DNA of 62,465 nt from an uncultured Rhodospirillales bacterium (GTDB lineage Bacteria; Pseudomonadota; Alphaproteobacteria; Rhodospirillales; CAJXLG01), in assembly GCA_913055885.1 (NCBI GenBank), contig CAJXLG010000001.1, forward strand, positions 1 through 62,465, written 5' to 3'. Numbering within the stretch: the stretch's first letter is position 1; each line of letters opens with the position of its first letter. The notes beneath the pieces are model-generated. The model searched no databases, was not told where the DNA came from, and saw nothing but the letters and a program-made list of their open reading frames with translations. The position numbers and the translations under genes are program-made. Below are positions 55,896-62,465 of the stretch, piece by piece.

Positions 55896-57425
55896 ATGAT
55901 CCGAGCCGCCCGGAACCTGGCCCGGCTGTTCACCATCGCCCGGACGCTGGCCCGGTACGACGCCCTTTTCCTCATGGAAAAGCTGCCGGTGGCGCGCAAC
56001 GCGGCCTTCCTGGCGCGGCTGGTGTCGCGGCGCAACGTGCCGGGCCGGCCGGGCGAGCGCCTGGCCGACGCCCTGGAGGCCCTGGGGCCCTCGTTCATCA
56101 AGCTGGGCCAGGCGCTCTCCATCCGCCCCGACCTCGTGGGCGACGACGTGGCGGACGACCTCACCGGGCTGCAGGACCGCCTGCCGCCCTTTTCCAGCAG
56201 CGAGGCCCGGCGCATCATCGCCGACGAGATGGAAAAGCCGGTCGAGGCCCTGTACGACGCCTTCGACGATCAACCGGTGGCCGCCGCCTCCATCGCCCAG
56301 GTGCACTACGCCGTCACCACGGCGGGCCATCCCGTGGCGGTGAAGGTGCTGCGCCCCAACGCCGAATCGGCCATCCACCGCGACCTGGACCTGATGTACT
56401 GGGTGGCCGGGCTCATCGAGCACTTCGCCCCGGCCTTCCGCCGCCTCAAGCCCGTGGAGACGGTGCGCACCTTCGAGCGCTCCGTGACCATGGAGATGGA
56501 TCTGCGCTTCGAGGCGGCGGCGGCCCAGGAGATGCAGGAAAACTTCCTGGAAAACCCCGAGTTCCGCGTGCCCGACGTGGACTGGCAGCGCACCAGCCAG
56601 CGCGTGCTCACCACGGAACGCATCAGCGGCATCCCCATCGACGAGGCGGAACAGCTCAGGGAGGCCGGCCACGACCCGCAGGTGGTGGTGCGCAACGCGG
56701 CCGCCGTCTTTTTTGCCATGGTCTTCCGCGACGGCTTCTTCCACGCCGACATGCACCCGGGGAACCTCTTCGTCGGCCCGGACGGCACGCTGCTGGCCGT
56801 GGACTTCGGCATCATGGGCCGCCTGGACAGCCGCACCCGGCACTACCTGGCGGACATGCTCATCGGCTTCCTGCAGCGCGACTACCGCCGGGTGGCGGAA
56901 GTGCACTTCAAGGCCGGCTTCGTTCCCGCCGACCGCTCGGTGGACGCCTTCACCCAGGCGTGCCGCTCCATCGCCGAGCCCGTCCTGGGCAAACCCCTGG
57001 CCGAGATTTCCATTGCCCGGCTGCTGGGGCACCTGTTCCACGTCACCGAGACCTTCGGCATGGAGGTGCAGCCCCACCTCCTGCTGTTGCAGAAGAGCAT
57101 GCTGCTCACGGAGGGCGTGGGACGCCGCCTGGACCCGAACGTCAACATGTGGGAGCTGGCGCGCCCCCTGATCGAGGACTGGATCGCCCACAACATGGGG
57201 CCCATGGCGCGCATGCGCGAGACCGCTTCCGAGACGCGCGACAGCCTGGAGCGCCTGCCGCGCCTGGCGGCCAAGCTGGAGGACACCACGGACCGCCTGA
57301 ATCAGGGCGTGCCCCTGCACCCCGATTCCGTGCGCGCCCTCACCCACCGGCGCACGCCCATGACGGTAAAGCTGCTGTGGGCGGCGGTGGCGGTCCTGGC
57401 CGTGCTGGTGGCCTTCGAGGTGTAG
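55896..57425 (+). CDS. ubiB: Ubiquinone biosynthesis protein kinase-like UbiB (ABC1/ADCK family)
   Basis: The protein has LGPSFIKLGQALS.RPDL, AAASIAQVH, VAVKVLRP, FHADMHPGNLFV and DFGIMG, plus a C-terminal TM. Confidence 0.9.
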   Translation: MIRAARNLARLFTIARTLARYDALFLMEKLPVARNAAFLARLVSRRNVPGRPGERLADALEALGPSFIKLGQALSIRPDLVGDDVADDLTGLQDRLPPFSSSEARRIIADEMEKPVEALYDAFDDQPVAAASIAQVHYAVTTAGHPVAVKVLRPNAESAIHRDLDLMYWVAGLIEHFAPAFRRLKPVETVRTFERSVTMEMDLRFEAAAAQEMQENFLENPEFRVPDVDWQRTSQRVLTTERISGIPIDEAEQLREAGHDPQVVVRNAAAVFFAMVFRDGFFHADMHPGNLFVGPDGTLLAVDFGIMGRLDSRTRHYLADMLIGFLQRDYRRVAEVHFKAGFVPADRSVDAFTQACRSIAEPVLGKPLAEISIARLLGHLFHVTETFGMEVQPHLLLLQKSMLLTEGVGRRLDPNVNMWELARPLIEDWIAHNMGPMARMRETASETRDSLERLPRLAAKLEDTTDRLNQGVPLHPDSVRALTHRRTPMTVKLLWAAVAVLAVLVAFEV

Positions 57426-57429
57426 GGGG

Positions 57430-57552
57430 TTACTCGCCGTTTTTGCGCCGCCGCTCCGCCTGATGGGCCCGGTGGTTCAGTTCCGCCAGGACGCCGCCCG
57501 CCAGGATCAGGGCGCCGATGCAGCCCAAAAGTACATAGGCCGTTGTGTTCAT
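57430..57552 (-). CDS. Putative 40-aa single-TM peptide
   Basis: The product is MNTTAYVLLGCIGALILAGGVLAELNHRAHQAERRRKNGE. Its ATG overlaps the stop of the upstream 118-aa ORF (ATGA at 57549-57552). There is no family recognition. Confidence 0.35.
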   Translation of the reverse strand: MNTTAYVLLGCIGALILAGGVLAELNHRAHQAERRRKNGE

Positions 57553-57905
57553 ATGGCCTCCTCCACATCGCTCAAAAGACGCAGGGCGAACAGTTCCGCC
57601 AGGCCGTAAAAGGCTATCGACAAAATGGCCGTCCACCATTCGCCCGTCTGAAACGCCCCGTACCCGTACGCCGCGAGCTGTCCAAGGCCCAGGGCCCTGA
57701 GGGAATTGGCCGCATGTTGGGCCTGTACGGTATTGAGCCGAAACCAAGCCACGCCAACAGCCTCCACGACACGGCTGCGTCCTTCCTGGATAGGGATAAT
57801 CCTGGCCCGCCTCCGGGAAGGCGTCAAGGCGGACCAACGGCCGTCGCCGACGGGATGCAGCAAAAACAACAAAATTCCTATGTACAAAATATTTATCTTG
57901 ACCAT
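57549..57905 (-). CDS. Putative 118-aa membrane protein with atypical (AT-richer) codon usage
   Basis: It has hydrophobic N- and C-terminal helices (INILYIGILLFLL, WWTAILSIAFYGLAELFAL). Many A/T-ending codons contrast with the rest of the window. The alternative frame (57430-57837) looks non-protein-like. Confidence 0.4.
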   Translation of the reverse strand: MVKINILYIGILLFLLHPVGDGRWSALTPSRRRARIIPIQEGRSRVVEAVGVAWFRLNTVQAQHAANSLRALGLGQLAAYGYGAFQTGEWWTAILSIAFYGLAELFALRLLSDVEEAI

Positions 57906-57964
57906 GTCACCCGGAAATAATATCGTTCAACACCAATAGCGCTGCCTTTCCGGAGGACAACGCC

Positions 57965-59167
57965 GTGCTCACCGGGCGCCGCATCCTGCTCATCGTCACC
58001 GGCGGCGTGGCCGCCTACAAGGCGCCCGTCCTGATCCGGCGGCTGCGCGACAAAGGGGCGGCCGTCACGCCCGTCCTCACCGAGGGCGGCGCGCGCTTCA
58101 TCCCCCCCCTTCCCCTGGCCGCCGTGGCGGGCGAGCCGGTGCGTCAGGCCCTGTTCGACGCCGAGGCGGAAAGCGCCATGTCCCACATCGACCTGGCGCG
58201 CGCCGCCGACGCCGTGGTGGTGGCGCCCGCCAGCGCCGACATGCTCGCCCGCATGGCGCACGGCCTGGCCGACGACCTCGCCACCACGCTGCTCCTGGCC
58301 ACCGATGCCCCGGTCCTCGTCGCGCCCGCCATGAACGCCGGCATGTGGGCCCATTCCGCCATGCAGGCCAACATGGCCACACTCGAAGCGCGTGGCGTTC
58401 ATCGCGCGGGGCCGGCCGAGGGCGACCTGGCCTGCGGCGAGACGGGCCCCGGCCGCATGGAAGCGCCGGAAACCATCCTTTCCGCCGTCGAGGGGCTTTT
58501 CGCCGCCGGCCCGCTGGCCGGGCGCACCGCCCTGGTCACCAGCGGTCCCACGCAGGAGCCCGTGGACGGCGTGCGCTACCTGGGCAACCGCTCGTCGGGC
58601 CGCCAGGGCCATGCCATCGCCGCCGCCCTGGCCCGGCTGGGGGCCACCGTGCATCTGGTGCGCGGGCCGGTCGCCATCCCCGACCCGCCCGGCGTGCGCG
58701 TCACCCCCGTCACCACGGCCGACGAAATGCACGCCGCCTGCCTGGGGGGATTGCCGGTGGATGTGGCCGTGTGCGCCGCCGCCGTGGCCGACTGGCGCGT
58801 CGCCGACGCGGACGACGGCAAGCTCAAGAAGGGCGCGGGCCGGGCGCCGCCCGCCCTGCGCCTGGAAGAGACCCCGGACGTCCTGTCCGCCCTGGCCGCC
58901 GCCGGCCCGCACCGCCCGCGTCTGGTGGTGGGCTTCGCCGCGGAGACGGAGTCGGTGGTGGACAACGCCGTGGCCAAGCGTGCCCGCAAGGGGGCCGACT
59001 GGCTGCTGGCCAACGACGTTTCCGCCGGCACGGAGACCTTCGGCGGCGCCGCCAACACGGTCCACCTCGTCACGGCCGACGGCACGGAAGCCTGGCCGCG
59101 CGATGCCAAGACGGCCGTGGCCGACACCCTCGCCCACCGCATCGCCAGCGCCCTGGAGGCACCATGA
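57965..59167 (+). CDS. coaBC: Bifunctional phosphopantothenoylcysteine decarboxylase / phosphopantothenate-cysteine ligase CoaBC (Dfp)
   Basis: The protein has ILLIVTGGVAAYK, PAMN..MW, G.LACG..G.GRM, TSGPT.EP.D.VR.L.N.SSG..G and KLKK. It has a GTG start. Confidence 0.9.
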   Translation: MLTGRRILLIVTGGVAAYKAPVLIRRLRDKGAAVTPVLTEGGARFIPPLPLAAVAGEPVRQALFDAEAESAMSHIDLARAADAVVVAPASADMLARMAHGLADDLATTLLLATDAPVLVAPAMNAGMWAHSAMQANMATLEARGVHRAGPAEGDLACGETGPGRMEAPETILSAVEGLFAAGPLAGRTALVTSGPTQEPVDGVRYLGNRSSGRQGHAIAAALARLGATVHLVRGPVAIPDPPGVRVTPVTTADEMHAACLGGLPVDVAVCAAAVADWRVADADDGKLKKGAGRAPPALRLEETPDVLSALAAAGPHRPRLVVGFAAETESVVDNAVAKRARKGADWLLANDVSAGTETFGGAANTVHLVTADGTEAWPRDAKTAVADTLAHRIASALEAP

Positions 59168-59613
59168 CCGACGACGCCACCGTGCCCGTGGTCCGGCTGG
59201 ACCACGCCAAGGACCTGCCCCTGCCCGTCTACGCCACGCCGTCGAGCGCCGGCATGGACCTCATGGCGGCCATCAACGAGCCCCTGGCGCTTGAGCCCGG
59301 CGGCCGCGCCCTGCTGCCCACGGGCATCGCCGTGGCCCTGCCGCCCGGGCTGGAGGCGCAGGTGCGGCCGCGCTCCGGGCTCGCCACCCGCCACGGCATC
59401 ACCGTCCTCAACGCGCCGGGCACCATCGACGGCGACTATCGCGGCGAGATCGGCGTGGTCCTGTTCCATGCCGGCGGCGAGACGGTGACCTTCAACCGGG
59501 GCGACCGCGTGGCCCAGCTCGTGGTGGCGCCGGTGACCCGCATCGCGTGGGACGAACACGCCGAGCTGCCGCAGACGGTGCGCGGCGCCGGCGGATTCGG
59601 CTCCACCGGGTAG
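59164..59613 (+). CDS. dut: dUTP diphosphatase
   Basis: The protein has SAGMDL, PRSGLA...[25 protein letters not shown] and RG.GGFGSTG. The ATG overlaps the coaBC stop. Confidence 0.9.
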   Translation: MTDDATVPVVRLDHAKDLPLPVYATPSSAGMDLMAAINEPLALEPGGRALLPTGIAVALPPGLEAQVRPRSGLATRHGITVLNAPGTIDGDYRGEIGVVLFHAGGETVTFNRGDRVAQLVVAPVTRIAWDEHAELPQTVRGAGGFGSTG

Positions 59614-59619
59614 GCCGCC

Positions 59620-60075
59620 ATGCTCGTGCCGTCCCGCAAGCTGCTCTTCGCCATCGAGGCGGTCCTGGACATCGCCTACCACGCCGGCGGCGAGCCGGTG
59701 CAGAGCCGCGAGATCACGCGGCGCCAGGCCATTCCCGGCCGCTATCTGGAGCAGACGCTCCAGCACCTGGTGCGCAGCGGCCTGCTCGTCGGGGTGCGCG
59801 GGCCGCGCGGCGGCTACCGCCTTGCCCGCGAGCGCCGGCGCATCACGGTGGGCGACGTGGTGCGCGTGGTGCAGAGCACCGAGCGCGCCGAGGAAGGCCT
59901 GGAGGAGCTGCCCGGGTCCGCCCTGGGGCACCGCGTGGTGCGGCCCTTGTGGCGCGACCTGCACCAGGAGGTCATGGATCGCCTGGATTCCGTCACCATC
60001 GAGGACCTGTGCCACCGCGCCCGCAACGAGGGGATCGAGAGCGAGACCCAGGGCGCCGGGGACTTCATCATTTGA
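59620..60075 (+). CDS. Rrf2 family transcriptional regulator (no obvious Fe-S Cys triad)
   Basis: The sequence [14 protein letters not shown]....PV.S.EI..RQ.IP.RYLEQ.LQ.L...GLV...RGP.GGY.LAR is the Rrf2 wHTH. The only cysteine seen is in the C-terminal region. Confidence 0.85.
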   Translation: MLVPSRKLLFAIEAVLDIAYHAGGEPVQSREITRRQAIPGRYLEQTLQHLVRSGLLVGVRGPRGGYRLARERRRITVGDVVRVVQSTERAEEGLEELPGSALGHRVVRPLWRDLHQEVMDRLDSVTIEDLCHRARNEGIESETQGAGDFII

Positions 60076-60104
60076 CGCCCATGCCCAGCCGAAAGGAGGC
60101 CGCC

Positions 60105-61067
60105 ATGGCCGCCGGTGACAGCGCCACCTTCCGCAACACCACCTACGACAGCATCACCCAGACCGTGGGGGCCACGCCCCTCGTGCGCCTGCCGCGCCTG
60201 GCCGAGGCGGCGGGCATCGAGGCCACCCTCCTCGGCAAGTGCGAGTTCTTCAATCCCCTGGCCTCGGTGAAGGACCGCATCGGCCACGCCATGATCGCCG
60301 ACGCCGAGGAAAAGGGCCACATCGGCCCGGGCACCACCCTGGTGGAGCCCACGTCGGGCAACACGGGCATCGCCCTGGCCTTCGTCTGCGCCGCGCGCGG
60401 CTATCGCCTCATCCTCACCATGCCGGAGAGCATGTCCCTGGAGCGGCGCAAGATGCTCACCTTCCTGGGCGCCGAGCTGGAGCTGACGCCGCCCGACAAG
60501 GGCATGAAGGGGGCCGTCGCCCGGGCCGAGGCGCTGGTCCAGGAGCTGCCCGACGCCTACATGCCGCAGCAGTTCAAGAACCCCGCCAACCCCGAGATCC
60601 ACGCCCGCACCACGGCGCAGGAGCTGTGGGCCGACACGGGCGGCGAGCTGGATTGCGTGGTGTCGGGCATCGGCACCGGCGGCACCATCACGGGCATCGG
60701 GCGCGCCCTACGCCCGCGCCGGCCCGGCCTGCGCCTGGTGGGCCTGGAGCCGGAGGATTCCGCCGTCCTGTCGGGCGGCAACCCGGGGCCGCACAAGATC
60801 CAGGGCATCGGCGCCGGGTTCGTCCCCGACACCCTGGACCGGGACCAGGTGGACGAGGTGCTTCAGGTGGGCAACGAGACCGCCTTCGCCACGGCCCGCC
60901 GGGCGGCACGCCTGGAAGGCCTGCCCGTGGGCATCTCCTCCGGGGCGGCCATCGCCGCCGCCCAGGAGGTGGGCGCCCGCCCCGACATGAAGGGGAAGAC
61001 CATCGTGGTCATCCTGCCCTCCTTCGCCGAGCGCTACCTTTCCACCCCGTTGTTCGACACGGAGTAG
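60105..61067 (+). CDS. cysK: Cysteine synthase A (O-acetylserine sulfhydrylase)
   Basis: The protein has [20 protein letters not shown] (PLP Lys), [21 protein letters not shown] and SSGAA. An RBS AAGGAGG at 60092-60098 precedes the ATG at 60105. Confidence 0.9.
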   Translation: MAAGDSATFRNTTYDSITQTVGATPLVRLPRLAEAAGIEATLLGKCEFFNPLASVKDRIGHAMIADAEEKGHIGPGTTLVEPTSGNTGIALAFVCAARGYRLILTMPESMSLERRKMLTFLGAELELTPPDKGMKGAVARAEALVQELPDAYMPQQFKNPANPEIHARTTAQELWADTGGELDCVVSGIGTGGTITGIGRALRPRRPGLRLVGLEPEDSAVLSGGNPGPHKIQGIGAGFVPDTLDRDQVDEVLQVGNETAFATARRAARLEGLPVGISSGAAIAAAQEVGARPDMKGKTIVVILPSFAERYLSTPLFDTE

Positions 61068-61071
61068 GCCC

Positions 61072-61866
61072 GTGGACTTCAGCGAAGCCGAGATCCAGCG
61101 CTATTCCCGCCACATCCTTCTGCCCGAGGTGGGCGCCGAGGGCCAGGACCGCCTGCGGCGGTCCAGCGTCCTGGTGGTGGGGGCCGGCGGCCTGGGGTCG
61201 CCGGTGCTCCTCTACCTGGCCGCCGCCGGCGTGGGCACCGTGGGCGTGGTGGACGGCGACACCCTGGAGCTTACCAACCTGCAGCGCCAGATCGCCCACC
61301 GCACGGACGCCGTGGGCCGCAACAAGGCGGAGAGTGCCGCCGACAACGCCCGCGCCCTGAATCCGGAGATCACCGTCCGCCCCCACCCGGAACGCCTCAC
61401 CGCCGCCAACGCCCGGACGCTCCTGGGGGCCTACGACCTGGTGGCCGACGGCTGCGACAATTTCGCCACCCGCTTCCTGGTGAACGACGCCTGCTGGTTC
61501 ACGGGCACGCCCCTGGTCTCCGCCGCCGTGGTGCGGTTCGACGGCCAGCTCGCCACCTTCCGCCCCGACGGCCGCGAGCGGCCGTGCTACCGCTGCCTGT
61601 ACCCGGCGCCGCCGCCCGCCGGCCAGGTGCCGTCGTGCGCCGAGGCCGGCATCCTGGGGGCCCTCGCCGGGGTCATGGGCACCCTCCAGGCCACCGAGGT
61701 CCTCAAGGAGCTTCTCAATACAGGCGACAGCATGGCCGGGCGTCTGTTAATCTACGATGGCCTGGGCACGGCCTTCCGCACCCTGAAGCTGCCGCGCGAC
61801 CCGGGCTGCCCGCTTTGCGGCGACACCCCAACGTATACGGACCTCGGCCATCATGACCACGGATGA
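61072..61866 (+). CDS. moeB: ThiF/MoeB/HesA-family adenylyltransferase (E1-like), no rhodanese domain
   Basis: The protein has RYSRHILLPEVG..GQ..L....VLVVGAGGLGSP...YLAAAGVG..G.VD.D..E.TNLQRQ and two CxxC pairs (CYRC, CPLC). It has a GTG start at 61072. Confidence 0.8.
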   Translation: MDFSEAEIQRYSRHILLPEVGAEGQDRLRRSSVLVVGAGGLGSPVLLYLAAAGVGTVGVVDGDTLELTNLQRQIAHRTDAVGRNKAESAADNARALNPEITVRPHPERLTAANARTLLGAYDLVADGCDNFATRFLVNDACWFTGTPLVSAAVVRFDGQLATFRPDGRERPCYRCLYPAPPPAGQVPSCAEAGILGALAGVMGTLQATEVLKELLNTGDSMAGRLLIYDGLGTAFRTLKLPRDPGCPLCGDTPTYTDLGHHDHG

Positions 61867-62302
61867 TCCGCAAGCCTCCCCCGACCGCCTGAACCTGATC
61901 GTCTTCTCCGGCACCTATGAGCGGGTGCACTACGCCCTGGTGTTGGCGTCCGGGGCCCAGGCCAGCGAGCGGCCCGCCACCCTTTTCTTCACCATGGGCG
62001 CCGCGCGGGCCCTGGTGGCCGATGCCGGTGACGGCCGCCCCGGATGGCATGCCCTGCCCACGGAGGACGGCCGCCCCGCCGCCGTCCTCGATGCCCGCTT
62101 CGCCCAGCGCGGCGTCGCCGGTTTCGAGGACCTCCTGGCCGGCTGCCTGAGCCTGGGCGTCACCACCATGGTGTGCGAAATGGGCCTCCAGGCCCTGAAC
62201 ATCGCTCCCGAAAGCCTGCGCGGTGATATTCCCCTGAAGGCCGGCGGCGTGATCACGTTCCTGAATGACGCCTCGCGCCACGGCGGCATGATGTTCCTGT
62301 AA
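61853..62302 (+). CDS. DsrE/DsrF-like (DrsE_2-type) sulfur-relay family protein
   Basis: LNLIVFSGTYERVHYALVLASGA......TLFFTMGA and MVCEMG (candidate active Cys) resemble DsrE-like proteins. The start lies 14 nt inside the moeB 3' end. Confidence 0.55.
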   Translation: MTTDDPQASPDRLNLIVFSGTYERVHYALVLASGAQASERPATLFFTMGAARALVADAGDGRPGWHALPTEDGRPAAVLDARFAQRGVAGFEDLLAGCLSLGVTTMVCEMGLQALNIAPESLRGDIPLKAGGVITFLNDASRHGGMMFL

Positions 62303-62386
62303 GGACGCGGGGCCACGCGCCGCTTGGGCGGCGCCGGCCCGGTGGCCTACACTGGGGGAAGCGAGCCCGACCGAGGGGGGAACGTC

Positions 62387-62465
62387 ATGCGCCGCGTCGT
62401 CCTTTCGCTGGCGGGCCTGCTGTTGCTGCCGGCGGCGGCAGTGGCCGGCTATCAGCAGGGCCTCC
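62387..62465 (+). CDS. 5' end of a gene encoding a signal-peptide-bearing protein (truncated by the window end)
   Basis: MRRVVLSLAGLLLLPAAAVAGYQQGL looks like a Sec signal peptide. Only 26 codons are visible. Confidence 0.25.
   Translation, partial: MRRVVLSLAGLLLLPAAAVAGYQQGL

Noticed and set aside
55077-57347. The upstream 757 codons of the 1035-aa minus-strand ORF 54240-57347, antisense to ubiE and ubiB.
   Set aside because: Only the last 278 codons (54240-55076) encode a recognisable protein, MutM, which starts with the obligatory MPELPEV N-terminus. The remainder is antisense to two well-supported plus-strand genes.
57430-57837. A 135-aa minus-strand ORF as the coding frame of the AT-richer segment.
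   Set aside because: Its translation (rich in G, R and P, with no hydrophobic pattern until the last 40 aa) looks non-genuine. The 118-aa frame plus the separately initiated 40-aa peptide, joined by an ATGA overlap, is a more protein-like reading. Both remain low-confidence.

Overview
The window is a very GC-rich, densely packed chromosomal segment. Its gene content and order look alphaproteobacterial, possibly Rhodospirillales-like, but that is inference only. It is mostly core housekeeping DNA.

Gene content in order:
- hisF (partial), hisE, a HIT protein and a TauE-like permease.
- modABC, preceded by two Mo-box-like direct repeats.
- A DUF3422 protein and a 4xPAS-GGDEF(degenerate)-EAL protein.
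- A complete System I cytochrome c maturation locus: ccmCDEFGHI on the minus strand with 4-nt overlaps, and divergently a 440-aa unknown gene followed by ccmA and ccmB.
- lptG-like permease, PduO-type adenosyltransferase, tRNA-Ser(CGA), an MgtC/DUF4010 protein and a J-domain protein.
- A six-gene mixed operon on the minus strand: PPP phosphatase, Gfo/Idh/MocA-like, hldE, ICMT-like, ldh, yjbQ. A CbbY-like HAD hydrolase lies just downstream of it.
- Two tandem paralogous unknown genes followed by an ABC-2 exporter.
- A cobalamin lower-ligand/nucleotide-loop cluster: cobT, cobS, cobC, cobU, cbiB, cobA, with an embedded secreted ankyrin protein.
- An SCO1-containing operon, a repeat-bearing DUF1640 protein, a class A PBP and a small RHH protein.
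- The replication cluster gyrB-recF-dnaN-dnaA (minus strand), with recF split by a homopolymer frameshift.
- rpsT, mutM, ubiE, ubiB, a small AT-richer two-gene membrane cassette, coaBC, dut, an Rrf2 regulator, cysK, moeB/thiF and a DsrE-like protein.

I saw no CRISPR array, transposase, integrase or phage gene.

The best candidate for something undescribed is the four-gene unit at 28768-32999. It holds two sensor-less paralogs that read like doubly degenerate GGDEF-like plus EAL-like proteins, translationally coupled to an ABC-2 exporter.

All calls rest on reading the supplied translations and the DNA by eye. No database search was run.
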